A stretch of 64,000 nt of DNA, taken from the NCBI GenBank assembly GCA_025603075.1, contig MU626258.1, positions 197,457-261,456 on the forward strand, written 5' to 3'. The notes beneath the pieces are model-generated. The model made no database searches. It saw only the letters and a program-made list of their open reading frames with translations, and was not told the DNA's origin. A program made the translations under genes and the position numbers. Positions 38,725-52,543 of this stretch are shown in pieces; the stretch's first letter is position 1, and each line of letters starts with the position of its first letter. The DNA is from Neoconidiobolus thromboides FSU 785. Lineage: Eukaryota > Fungi > Entomophthoromycota.

Positions 38725-39661
38725 TTACTCTAATTTTTTAAACTCTTGAAAAGGTTTTAAAATCAACCAACATTTCACGTCAAATTCCTTTTTCTCTTTT
38801 AAAAACTCTTCGTTAATAAACATCAAGTATTTCTTTAACCAAATTAATTCCTCATCCTTTTTCCCATCCAGCTCAAAAGTCTCAGGTAATATTTGATTAT
38901 CTGGTTGCAATTGACATTTAATCAATGAATCGTCTACAATAATTGTATTACTACTATGAACTACTTTCTTTCCATCTTCTCTTTGATTTAATTCTTCCCA
39001 TAATTTATTTAAATCTTTAATAGTTTCACATTTAGAATAATAAGAGCCATTTAAAGTACATTGATCTCGGGTAAATATGGAAACTAGTTTTTGTTGATAA
39101 TTGGGCAATATTTGTTTCAATATTTTTAACATATTCTTTGGCATCACGGAGCTCCATATAGCTACATTATAATGTTTCAGACAATAGGTTAATAATTCTT
39201 CTAGTCCTGGACGTAAAGTAATAACTTTCTTTTTTTTACGATAACTAAAGAGAATAAAGTTAATTATATAAATTGATAAGGTAAAAGAATATAAAAAAAT
39301 CATACATTAATACACCGTTAAGATCAAATACTATCAATAATTTATTGGGATCTAATGCTTTATATGTTTTTAAATCTTCTTTTAAGGATTGATGGTCGTC
39401 GCTTGTAGTTTGTTTATTAAGGTCTAGTTTATATTGTTGAGTGTTGGATTCACTTGAGTTGATGGATAATTTTTTTGTTTCTCTAATTAAAAAATTAAGC
39501 TCATCATCTATATTATTCGTTAACATTTCCTTAACATTGTTACCTTCTTTAATATTAAGTATAGGCGAATTATTTATTAGTTTCTTCGATTTAGGTTGAT
39601 ATTTTAAAAAATTAGTTAACTGAGATTTGAAATTAAATTTAGGAAGAAAGTTCAGACCCAT
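38725..39661 (-). CDS. FCP1-homology (NIF/HAD) domain protein, copy A; 2 exons
   Basis: NKLLIVFDLNGVLI-YRKKKKVITLRPGLEELL...VAIWSSVMPKNM...TIKDLNKLW...NTIIVDDSLIKCQLQPDNQI. Confidence 0.88.
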
Positions 39662-42026
39662 TTTCTATAATAATCAATTGAAATAAAAAATGAACAAAAT
39701 TTAGACTATCTGAATCGAATAAACTATTTAAAAAATGAGAAAATTTTATTGATTAAAAATTTTGAATTTCATTTTCAAAACTTGGCTTAAATATAAACCC
39801 TCATGTATTAATTGCTTAAACTAACAACAACAAGATAAACTTAGATTGATCTTGTTTGGCAAAAAAAAGTAGATATAAAATCATCGAATATGATTGGACG
39901 AAACTATCATTAACTGATATGGGATTACTGCTAAAATTACCCACCAAATTTTCATTCTTGATAATTTCTTCATGTATAACTAGGATTGAAGGAATAGTAC
40001 TCAACAAAGATTAAAGACAATAATGAAATAATTTGCATACTAATCATAAGTTGTTATGCAAAATAAGAAAGATACAAAAATTAAGTTGAATTTTATAAAT
40101 TTATTTTTAATATTGAGTTTTTAAATGTCTATTAATATTATTAACTTAAAACACTCAACTTCATATTTTTTAAAAATACTGAAATTTCATCCTTTTAGTT
40201 ATTTTATATATTTGTTACTAGTAACATCACTTTGATTAAAGAAGCTTAACAATAGGTAAACCTAATTTAGCAGCAGACAATTGTAAACTTGAATTTGGGC
40301 TTGTAAAAGAGATAATTATTATTGACTAATACTAGAGCATAGCGTAAAGTGAATTGAATAGTCAGCCAGTTATAGACTTATTATTTAATTTACTGAGTTA
40401 TTAGTTCCTTGAGAGAAAATTGATAAATCCAGGCCAAAGGCAAGCTTTAGTATAAAGGAGTAAAGTTATCTTTGAAGTGCAGATTACATAGAATTGGTTT
40501 ATACTTTAGTGCCCATACTGAATAAAAAAATTTTAAAGGGTTATAAAATATGGTTCATTCTATTTAGTACCAAATACATCCAACCTGACTGGAATCCTGT
40601 ATAGTATTAAACAGTTACGATTGTTGTGGTATAGTCCACTAATTATATACTGTGTCATTGGCTTTTTAAACTATACCTTTTAATAAACATAACACAGAAT
40701 AACTTTCTAGAAACAATCTGTCTACAAGTAAAAGCATGCAGAAACAACCCAAGTAATTATAAGATCATTTTTAAAGATATCTGATTATTTGAATAACTTT
40801 AATCTATAATAATTCTACACCTCGTAATAAAATAATTATTATCCTTAGATCCCTAGACAAATATTTACTATTCCAATTAATAACTTTTGTATTAAATTCA
40901 ACTCAAAGAGTTAGATTACTATTAACCAGTTAATCAACTAATCAAAGAACATATAATAAAAATTAGTATAAATCTAACATTTTAATATAAATTCATATTG
41001 ATTAAAAACTATGAAAACAATTATAATAAGTAAATTCTAGATTTGTATTTTCTCCATTTTATGTAGTCAAGTTTACTAGTTAAAACATAACTTAGTTATT
41101 TACTTGGTTGATTGAGTTATTTAAATTTGTTCATTTTTATTGGCTAATTAAATGAACTTGTACAACTAAAAATTCAATAATATAAGTATTACATGTATAG
41201 ATATCAACCAATTTTTATTAATAATTTTACTAACTAATTTTGCATTTGTATTAAATTTGTGCAATAAAATAATTTATATCTGTGAGGTTAATTTTACTTA
41301 GAACTTGCAGTAAATTACCATTCATCAATGTTAGTTTATTTTAATTAATATTAGCAATTAACTAATTGTAAATTCTATTTGATATCAATTCAATTCATTC
41401 ATATTGCTTTTGTATTCTATTACTTATATACTTTTGTAGAGTTCAATTGAATTCTTATGTTTGTTTGAAGCAGGTTAGCCCTTTGAATATCCAATTTTTC
41501 AAAAAGATTTTGTTCATTGAATCATGACTTCTATTAATTTTATATCATTTGGATCCTTTTTCCTTGAAAAACTTGATACTTAAAATGTTAATTTGATTGA
41601 AATTATGTGTAAGTAATGCTCTTTATGATTTCATCTTAATCTATAAGAATTTACCAAATCATTCTTCGTATAAGGTACCTAGGTGGTTAAACTTAAGTAA
41701 GGTAGTTAAACTATAAGAGCTTAATTAGATTTTTAATATATAGTATTAAAACTCTGAGTTGATGTGTTGATCTAAAGATTAGGTTTAATAGTTGATTTAA
41801 CATTATTTTATTTTTACTATTTGATCATCAACTAAACTTTAAAAATTAATCTAAAATTGTTTAATACACATTCTTCTCGTATTTTAACAAAATAAAAATA
41901 AAATTTCACTCTTCATTATGATCATTATATAATTTTTTTCATCTAAACGTTTTAAATACATTTACTTTTTTTAATAATTTTTTATTACTATCCATAATCG
42001 AAATTTAATTTCTATAAAGAATCGAT

Positions 42027-42372
42027 TTACATACCACGAGATTCTTGAGCAATTTTCGTAGCTGTTTGAATATATTTAGCTACACAACGATCAATACAAT
42101 TAGCTTCTCCTTTACTGATTTGTGCTTCATGGTATTCAGTAGATATACATTTAGAACGACAGGTGTCTTGAACACTATAGGGTAATTATTAAAATCAATT
42201 ATATGAAATTGGAAATTATTAAATTAAAAAACAAAATCAAAAATAATTTATAAGATTAAAACAAAAATTAGACTTTAACTTACCGAGTAAATAGTTCATT
42301 CATAACAGTATACTCTCTTTCGATTACATCCATATCTAATTTTGGTGCACTACCGCCAAACCAACTACTCAT
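42027..42372 (-). CDS. TIM10: Mitochondrial intermembrane-space small Tim chaperone TIM10 (twin CX3C); intron 42175-42283. Absent from the ORF track.
   Basis: MSSWFGGSAPKLDMDVIEREYTVMNELFTRVFKTCRSKCISTEYHEAQISKGEANCIDRCVAKY... Confidence 0.85.
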
Positions 42373-42568
42373 TTTTGATTTATTTTTTTAAATGTTTAAA
42401 GTGATTAAAACCTAATATTTGAAAATAGAGAGTGGGATAAAATTGATCCATTATAATAGCCAATTAAAAAGGGGCTGATCTAGTTTCAATGAGAAATTGA
42501 AAATATCAAAAATCGAATATTTAAATAAAAAGAAATTGATTTATTATATATAGAATAATATTAATAGA

Positions 42569-44611
42569 ATGGATGTGAATAATGAAATTGAAAAAGAAAT
42601 TGAATTAAAGTATAAAAATTATAGAAGGATACAAAAGATATATAAAACAATTATTACTTTAATGATTTTATTAATTAAAAAAAATCAACAAAATCAAGAG
42701 AATGAGAATATTTTACTTCAGTTTCAAGCTATTAAAAATAATGTATTAAATCAATGTAAAGAGTAATATTGTTTATTTATAATTAATGTTGAATTAATAA
42801 TATTTTATATTTAGAACTTTAACTCTTATAGATATGTATTTGATTATTGAAATAATGCCAAATAAATGTAAGATCAATGAAAAGATCATTGATAGAGGAG
42901 AAGAAGTTAAAGATAATCTTAACACTTCAATAGGAAATAGTAGTATTAGTATAAATTATCAACAAGAAATAGATGATATTAGAGTCAAACTAATTAATTT
43001 TGACTATTTATTTCAATTAAATCACAAAGATGAAAAGTAAGTTATTTCTTTTATTTTTGATAAAATCGACTGAGCTAATGAGCTATTTTTATTATAGAAA
43101 ACCTTCTAAGAGAAGAAAAAAGGATAAATTGCAAGAAATGATTTTATTGATCAATGAATATACTCAATTATTTAATAAAACTAGTTTCAATTATTATAAA
43201 ACTAATTTATTGCAAAAAGTAAGCTATTATCATTTCTATTTTTCATTTGTAATATTTATAGTCTTTATCTAATGATTTTAGAATCTAACAGAAACTGAGT
43301 TTGAAACTGAATTGAAATTAAAATACATAATAAATAATAGAAATAAGGAACAAATTGTAAATAAAATAAAATATAAGGAAGAAGAAAGAGAATTGTATAA
43401 AATAATTGATAATTTATGGAATCAAGAGTTTTATAAAGAACAAATTGATAGAAATGAAGATTTAATTATAATAGATAAAAAAATAGGGAATTTTAGTAAT
43501 TTATTTCATATTCATTTTAATTATTTTAATAATATTATATTCTTATTTTAGTATCAACTACACTACCATTTCATCCAATATTAACTTCATTTACAACTAA
43601 TTATACGTTTTATTCACATCAATATGAAGCATTATCAAATTTATTAAATTTTGAGACTAAACTAGAGTTTTTAACTAACAATTTATTCTCAATGATAATT
43701 AGTACATCTACTTCAAGGTAATATTTTTTAATAATAAATTAATAAGATTCAATTTTAAGATTTAACTAATTTAAGTGGTAAATCCTTAATTTATCAATTA
43801 GCTATTATCGATAGTTTATTAAAAGATAAAAATGTTCGAGTATTATGTATTGTACCAACAAAGGCATTAGCTAATGATCAAATCTATTCATTTAAAAAAT
43901 TAATTAATAATATACCACAATTAAACTGGGTTAAAGTAAGTTAATATAAAACAATAATAATAATATATAAATAATATATAAATAATATATTTTTATAATA
44001 TATTTTTAATGAAATCATTTCTTTATTAATACTTTAATTTTAGATAGGTGCTTATGATGGAGATTTAGAATCATCAAAACGAATAGATTATCGAATGAAT
44101 TATCAAATATTATTTACAAATCCAGATATGTTACATTATTCTATATTAGCTAATATTGATATCTGGTATGAATATTTAATTCATCTAAAATTTATAGTTA
44201 TAGATGGTAAATAATATTTGTTAATTATTTAAGTCATTAAAAGAAGCTAATCTAATTTTAATTTAGAAATTCATATTTACGAAGCTAATTTTGGTCATCA
44301 AATGAGTTTAATATTAAGAAGATTTTTAAGAGTTATATCAGTTAAATTCAATCGTCCATTAGCCTTAATCGCTTGTTCGGCTACTTTAAAAAACCCAAAG
44401 AATGTAAATTGAATTTTAATTTTTAATTTTAATTTTTAATTCTAATTTTTTTAATTTTTAGCATCTTTCTTATTTAACAAGTATACCAAAAGATAATATT
44501 TTATTAATTAATAAAGATGGTGCTCCAAGTGGTATGAAAGTAAGTATTTTAAGTGCTATTTTTTTAATAAAGGATTTATTAATTCATTTATTAATAGACA
44601 ATAGCATTATG

Positions 44612-44675
<64 letters not shown>

Positions 44676-46564
44676 TTAATTCAAATTGAATCAATATTAT
44701 CTAGTAATAAAAATAATTCAAAATCAATAAATAATAGTCAAGGAATAATTGAATTAATAAATTATTTTTTAAACTATAATAAAAAAATCATAATATTTTG
44801 TTCTTCTAGAATAGAATGTGAATTAATTTATACTCAATTAAATCAATATTTATTAAATAAATACGATGATTCAATTAAACAAAAATTATTAATTAAAATT
44901 AAAGCTTATCGTGCAGGTTATTCTAAAGAAGTAATAATATTATATTTATAAAATAAAATAATAAATAAATAAATTATTAATAATTTTATTAATAATTTTA
45001 TTTTAGTTACGTCAACAAATTGAATTGGAATTAAGGAATGGAAATATTAAATTAATTATATGTACCAATGCATTGGAATTAGGTATTGATATCGGGGATT
45101 TAGATATTGTAATAAGCATAGCAGATAAATTCAAAGTCAATAATTTAAAACAACAAATAGGAAGAGTTGGTAGAAGAAACAAAGATTGTTTAGCTATTAT
45201 TTTTTATAATAAAATTCACAAATTAAATAAATTAGATAATCAATATTTATTAATGAGTTTAAAGAATGACGAAGAAGAAAAAGAAAAAGAAGAAGTAAAA
45301 GAAGAAATAAAAGAATTAAATAATTTATTTATTGAATTACATCTAAATTGTATTGTTAGTGAATTACCAATTATATTAAATAGAGATAAAGCCTGGTTTG
45401 GTAATATTTTAGAAAGTTTATGTCCACAACTTTTAATAGGTAATGAAAAAGAGGTAAATAAAAGAGAATATAATAATTTATAGAATATTAATAAATAATT
45501 ATTAATTTATTTAGGGTTATTTTTTAAATCATAAAGATATTAAAAGTATATCACCATGGAGACAAATTATCATTCGAAAACAAAATCAATCAAGGAAAAT
45601 ATTATTAGTAAATAATAATAACATTCAATCAAAATTAATTGAAGAAATTGAATTAGAAAGAGCTATGTATTCTATTTATTATGGGGGAATTTATTTATAT
45701 AATGGACAATATTTTGATATTATGGAATTAAATTATCAATTAGGATTTGCTAAATTGAAATTAAAGAGTGAAATAGAATATTTTACTAAACCAATATTTG
45801 AAGATTATTTATTTATTAAAAAGAAAATAATGAATAGAGTAATTGAGATAAATAATAATTTATTAAAATTTGAATTTGGCTTATTTAATTATCAACGTCA
45901 TTTTAAAGGTTATAAAAAAATAAACATTCAAAATAGACAACTTATTGATCAATTAAATTATCCATCAATAATTAAAGATCAAAAGAGTATATTGTCATTG
46001 GAATTTAATGGGATTTGGTTAGATTATTTAAATACAATGGGAAATGAAAATGTATTTATAAGTTTAATTCATTTGCTTTTAAAAGCAATAGATAAATTGT
46101 TTGATGTTGAAAATTCAATTATAGCATCTTGTTGTAATAATATTATAACTTCAAATATTAAATTAGGATGTCAAAGGTAAATTAAAGATTTTATTTAATA
46201 ATAATATATAATATTAATTTATTTTATTTTATTTTATTTTATTTTATAGTATTTATTTCTATCCCAAAAATTATGAAAATGAATTAATATTGCAAAACCA
46301 TCAATCTGGTTTATTTGTTAAACTTGGGGAATTGATATTAGCTGCTTATACTATTGTGGTAGAATGTTCATGTTTAATAGGTTGTTTAAAGTGTAAGTGT
46401 CTTATTTTATTCTAATTATTTTATTATTTATAATATTTTATTTTATTTTAGGTATTTATAAAAAAGATTGTATTAGATTATCATTTTTAGAGTCTAAAAA
46501 TAAAGAAGAAGATAAAGAACTTAAAAAGAGAGTGATTGAGTTTTTGATGGGATTTATTGAATAA
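42569..46564 (+). CDS. HRQ1: HRQ1/RecQ4-like DEAH helicase with C-terminal Cys cluster (DUF1998 type); many introns
   Basis: FYSHQYEAL, STSTSSGKSLIYQL, VPTKALANDQ, YDGD, TNPDMLH, VIDEIHIY, ACSATLKNP, AYRAGY, CTNALELGIDIGDLD, QQIGRVGRR, C-terminal ECSCLIGCLKCIY. Start is approximate. Confidence 0.92.
44613..44675 (+). repeat. (AAT)21 microsatellite encoding poly-Asn within HRQ1
   Basis: Direct count; in frame after KTIALW. Confidence 0.9.
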
Positions 46565-46718
46565 AAATAAAAATAAAACTTTATAAAACATATAATTTTA
46601 CTTCTCCTTTTAAAAGTTCAATAGTAATAATAATAAAAATGGAACTTTTATTCTAATAAAATGACTAACAATGATAAGGATATAAGTCTAATGTAATAAA
46701 ATTTAGTTCAACTAAATT

Positions 46719-47006
46719 TCATTTAAACAAGAAATAAAACAATTTAGGGAAAAAAAAGAATAAGATTAAGACAGCAAAGAAGAAAGTAACCAATAAAATA
46801 GAAATAAATAAAAATAGAAGAAATGAAGGCTTATAAGGTAACTGAATTGAAAAACATGTGTTCCTTTTTCCACGAGGTATGTAATTCGAATTCACTTTGA
46901 TTCTACGTGCCATTTCTTTATCTTGTCGATATAATAGATATTCTCGATATTGAGATTGACGATAAGCAGAGGGAGAATCAATTATTAGTTTTTCAGCTTC
47001 ACTCAT
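46719..47006 (-). CDS. Hypothetical 95-aa protein with C-terminal transmembrane segment
   Basis: ATG-initiated ORF, locally higher GC, charged N-half and a hydrophobic tail; convergent with HRQ1. Confidence 0.45.
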   Translation of the reverse strand: MSEAEKLIIDSPSAYRQSQYREYLLYRQDKEMARRIKVNSNYIPRGKRNTCFSIQLPYKPSFLLFLFISILLVTFFFAVLILFFFFPKLFYFLFK

Positions 47007-48351
47007 TTTTCTAGAAGTTTAGATGATATTTGTTTATTTTTCTATTTGTTTATTTATTATACTTCTATATGTTGATTCTAGTTAGTTATCTTATTAGTTA
47101 TTACTGTGATTAAATGTTGATTCCGAGTGTTTAATAACAAAGAGAATAGTAATAAAACAATAAAAATTCAATAAAATATTAAAGAAATATAAAAGAAATA
47201 AAAATAAAACAAATCAAGTTAATATATGTTATTTTTATGTTATTTTTATGTTATTTTTATATTTTTATGAGTACTTTATCTAATTATAAAATTAGTTAAT
47301 TAACATATTTTTTTAAATTAAATTAATTAAATCAACTAAATAAATCCACTCATTTATTTATTAATTTTTGGACCGTCTATTCTTTTAAATTAGATTAATA
47401 TTAAGGAATAAAAGTATTTATTTTTTGAATAATAATAAAATAATAATAAAATAAAATAAAATAAAATAAAATAAAATATTAATTTAATTTTTATTTATAA
47501 ATAATTCAATTAAACTTATTTATTTTAAACCCAACCAAATATCAATTCAATTAATAATTTAATAAATTTTAAAAGTTTAATTCAAATTATTTTAACTAAA
47601 AGTTGTAAAAATAGCTTAAAGAATTCTAAAATTATTAGAAAGTTATTAAAAAGAAAAAGAAATTCAAAATATACTTAATCAAATTAATAAAAATCTTTAA
47701 TTATACCTCATTCATACTAAAAGAATACGTTTGCTTTTAATTGTTACGTTTTATTATATTATCTGACAATTAATTAATATAAAAAATCATGATACACATA
47801 CACCTTAACTAAAAATTAAACAGTGTTTTTTATTAAGCTTACTAGCAGTTGTAAACCTACAAACTTTTAAATGAATACACTGGTTTAAAAAATATTTAAA
47901 AATGATGTTATAAAATAAATAGTCACATTTAAAAATAACCAGTTGAAATTCTCAATTACCAATAATATGAAAGAATACTTAAAATTGATTGGCAATTATA
48001 AAAAATTAACAAGTTTCAGGGAAAGATAATTAAGTTGTAAAAGTTAATAAGATTAATTGTAAAAAAGTCATGATCTCCATGAGGTGTTTTAAATAGTTAC
48101 AAAAGAAGCTTATTTATAGTGTAATGTGGGGGGTTAAAAAATGATAAATCATAATAAAGTAGGTGTGATAACAACAAATAAATGAAACTTGATTTAATAA
48201 CAAATAAATAAAAAATAGGGAGGGTTGATAAATTATAAGAGATAGTATATAAACAGATCATTATCCTTAACTTTCATTTTATCTTTTGATCAATCACTTT
48301 ATATTATTATAAAATATATATACATACGAATTTCAATTATTAAACAACAAC

Positions 48352-48717
48352 ATGGTAGCTAATCAAATCTTAAGAAAAACATTTTATCACAAATGGTTAC
48401 GTCCAGAAGTAATTCAAATTTAATAAGTGGTATTTAGCTTAATACTAACAACTTATTCTTAGGTTACTCCTTTACTCGCTATTGTTAGTGGTGGTTTAGT
48501 TGGTACTGGATGGTATTTATTTCGAGTAGCTAGAAATGTAGATACTGTATGGGATAGAAAAAATAATCCATATCCATGGCAAAATGTTGATCAAGATACA
48601 AATTTAAAACTTTATTCGCCTAGTAAAGAATTTAAGAAAAAGTAAGTTGTTATAAATATTATTGTGTTATTAAATACTTAAAAGGATTAATCTAGATACT
48701 CTCGTGATCGACTTTAA
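48352..48717 (+). CDS. NDUFA4: NDUFA4/COXFA4 (MLRQ/B12D family) small mitochondrial membrane protein, 3 exons. Absent from the ORF track.
   Basis: MVANQILRKTFYHKWLRPE-VTPLLAIVSGGLVGTGWYLFRVARNVDTVWDRKNNPYPWQNVDQDTNLKLYSPSKEFKK-KYSRDRL. Confidence 0.85.
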
Positions 48718-48949
48718 TTTTCCAGATGTGCCCAATTATTTGAATCAATAAAAAATAAATTGTATACTATTTGTTTATTAATTTTGTCATAGTTATAAAT
48801 CAATTTACTACTTTATTTTTCATTTATTAAAATCAAACTTAAAGTGAGGGTTGTGGGGGGAGAAATAATAAAAATTTCTGTCTAATTTAGGTTAAGCTTT
48901 AAAATAAAATTAAGTCCTTTAAATTCCAATTTATCCTGAATCAACATTT

Positions 48950-49047
48950 GGGGATGTATTTTTGTGTTTAAGAATTTTACTAACAAATTTTCCACTCAAA
49001 CAGCGCTTAAAAGATGGAAAAAATAATGAAGTTAAAAAAACACTCCC
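48950..49047 (-). mobile_element. MITE copy 16
   Basis: Consensus match; ATTT/ATTT. Confidence 0.92.
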
Positions 49048-49331
49048 ATTTATATTTTTTTATATTTTATGTTTTATATTTTATTTTATTTTAATACAAT
49101 TGATAATAATATTGAAATGAATTTATTTACAATGATAATTGTAGAATTATAAAATGAAATATAAAGAATTTTAGTAGTGATTTTTTAACAGTAATTTAGG
49201 ATAATTAATGAAATACAAGATAAATTTAAAAATATAATTATTGTTGATTTTATTATACAATAACTTTTACATATTTAATTTAATTATAAAGATAGAATTA
49301 AAAAATAAAAATGAAAATAAATCAAGGATAA

Positions 49332-49395
49332 GGGGGATGTTTTTTTCACCTCATTACTCTTTCTATCTTTTAAGCACTATTTAAGTGGGGAAAAT
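49332..49395 (+). mobile_element. MITE copy 17 (3'-truncated)
   Basis: Left two thirds of the consensus. Confidence 0.8.
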
Positions 49396-50245
49396 TCTAA
49401 ATTCTATTAAAGAATGAATTATTTTAAATATACAACTATGGCTATATATGTCTGGATTTTTTTACTGGTCTTTTTGTTAGTTCCCAATATCAATTGGAAA
49501 TAAAAAGAACATTTACATTGATAATATTTTATAGGAATGTCTTTTTATTAGGGCAATTTATTAATATTTTTTTTTCAATATTACTTAAAAATGAAAAAAA
49601 TAATAAAATCAAAGAACATTATTCTTTTTATACTACTAAAAATAGTTTTAAAATCTCATAAAGTCACTTTTGTTTCAAATTCAATTATAAACTAATTAAT
49701 GAAGTCTTTGAAAAAATGGAGATATATACTACAATCATGACTAAAAATTATTATGTGTAAAAGCAAAAGGCTGTTTTATACAATTGGTCTTTTTATTACA
49801 ATTCTATTTCTTACTAGTTTTGACTTGCCCAAAAAAAGGTAATTATTCAAATTGAACATAATAAAAGCTAGGCTAAAATACAATGCAAAAATTATTTGGG
49901 ATAACAGCTTATCTAAATTTATTGCAGGTTAATTTGCAAAGTTTTTTAGAACCAACTATTTTTTTGTTTGTTTCTTGATTTAATCAGTTGATTTTCGATT
50001 AATTTTGGAAAAAAATTGATTTTATACAATTAGTTCAATCCTAATAGAGAGCTCTACAACAACTGTTATATAATCTTGGCTGTAATTTGAATAGAAATTT
50101 TAAAAATTCACTTTTTTTAATTTCAATTTTTAACACAAACAATTTATTTCAAGTTGAGTTTATAATCCAATTATTTTTTACAATAATTTTATATTTGAAA
50201 TTTAAGTGATATTAAGAATAAGAATCTTAAGAACTTTTATAAAAT

Positions 50246-52470
50246 ATGTCGGAAATTTCTTGGACAATAGAACAGACAAAGTAAGTTGTTTAGTTTTATG
50301 TAATTTAAATTAGTGTTAAATCTAATAAATTCTAGTGAACAGCGTCTTAAATTAGGTTTGCCACCTTTAAAATTAGAAAAAACAGAGGATAAAAAGCAAG
50401 TTGAAAAAGATAATTACATCAAAGAACAAAGTGAAAAGGAGAGAATTGATAACAATAGATTAGTTCAAGAGCGATTAAAGAAGTAAGTTTCTATTCTATT
50501 ATTTTAATAAAATGGGCTAACTTTTATTTCTAGAGTCAAAAATGAACGAGAACTATTAAAATCACAAAGTGGTAAAGGGTTAGGTGAAAAACAAGGGGAT
50601 GATAGTTTACTTAGTTTTTTAAAGAAAAATAAAAAACGATTTCAAAAAGTGGCTTTAAATATGAAAGAAGACTTTGATGAAGAAGATAAAAGAAGTCAGG
50701 AGGCTGCTAAATTACTAAATAATAAAGCTAAAAAAGCTCGAGGTAAAATTTTGAAATTAATTATTATTAAAATGAAATTCAAATGAGTTTTAGGTTCAGA
50801 AATCCAAGTAGCTCATAATTATGAAGATTTTGAAGAAGGAGAAGAAGCTATCCTTACCCTTAAAGATGCTAATGTTTTGGATGAAGGTAAGTAATAGTTT
50901 ATATTATTATAATTAACTAAATATCGTATAGATGATGATGAATTGGTTAATGCTAATCTCTTGGAAAAAGAAAAGCTTAAAAAAGATTTAGAAAATAAGA
51001 AAAAAAAAACGAACTATAATCCATATGATGATGATGAGTTTGCACATGGTACTATTAATGGTCAACCTAGAAATATATTATCCCATTATGATGAAGAAAT
51101 TGGAGTTTCAGAACCTAAAAAAGTAATGATATTATTAACTAGTTAGCATTAAATTAATTGAATTATTTTTATAGAAAGGATTTAAAATTAATTCTTTGAA
51201 TGATTTTGCTTCCAATAAAGAAACATTTAAAAATAACATCAATGATTTAACGGGTGCTATATCTTTGGAATTAAATCGTAAGTTTTAATATAAATTAATG
51301 ATATGAATCAAGTATTAATAAATATATAGAGTTAAACAAAGTGGATGATTATTATACTACAGAAGAGGCAGCACAATTTAAAAAACCTAAATCTAAAGGA
51401 AAATCAAGAAAGAAAAAACGCGAAGAAGAAAGAGAATTATTTGATAATATAATCATATCTATCAATGATCCAGACACTATTACAATGCCTTCGGATTCTA
51501 ATTTTGTAGATGATAATGAATTACAACTTTGTTTACAAAAAGCACGTACCACTGCTCTAAAGCGTAATAAAAATTTGGATGGTGAATCAGCTGCTAAAGA
51601 AGGTAATAAATTTTTCTATTTTAGATTAATAAAATCTAATCTTTTTTATTAGTTTTGAAGGATAAAAAAGAAGAAAAAAAAGAGGAAATAGAAAGCAATG
51701 AAGAAGGTATAATTGTATCCCAAACATCTGAATTTGTACAAAATTTAGCTACCTCAGCAGCTATCTTAAGTGAAAAAATGCAATCAATAAAAGAAAAGAA
51801 TGAAAAGAATAAAAAACAAGTCAAAGAAGATAATTCAAAAGCATCAGAAACTATCGATAATAAAGTTAAAAAAGAAGTAAAAGAAGAAGACTTAAATAAA
51901 CTCCGAGAAGAGGAAGGGGTCGATGCTTTATTTGAAGATAATGTTAAAGCGGGAAGGGGATTGGCAGGGGCGTTAGCTTATTTTACAAAAAAAGGAACGT
52001 ATAAACCACCTACTGAAGAAGCAATTAAAAGAGATGAATTATTAACTCGACAAAATAAGATGATTGAAGTAATTAAAAACAAAGAAAAGGAAAAGGAAAA
52101 GGAAAAGGGTAAAAGAAGTAATAAAGAAAATTATGATCTTAAACCAAGAACTTTTGTGGAAGATTCAATTGCTAGATTAGCTAATTATAAACCAGATATT
52201 AATTTGGAGTATAGGGATACTCATGGTAATATTTTAAATCAAAAGGAGGTAAGTAAAAATTGAGTTATATAAATTGTTAAATTTTTTAACTTTTATTTTA
52301 TTTAGGCATTTAAAGAGTTATCCCATAAATTTCATGGTAAAAGTTCTGGGCTGAAAAAGACCGAAAAAATGTTACAAAGAAAAGAAGCACAAAAGAGATT
52401 GGATAACATGGATAGTATGGGAGCTCCTTTTGAAACGAGTAAATCCACTAGTAAGCGTCACAAAAAATAA
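50246..52470 (+). CDS. SNU66: U4/U6.U5 tri-snRNP protein SART-1/Snu66, multi-exon
   Basis: HIND-like [102 protein letters not shown]. Confidence 0.93.
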
Positions 52471-52543
52471 ATAAATTATAAAAATAAAAGGAACAATAAC
52501 TTAAAAAATGAAAATTTCTATACTTTATTTTTTATAAAAAGAC

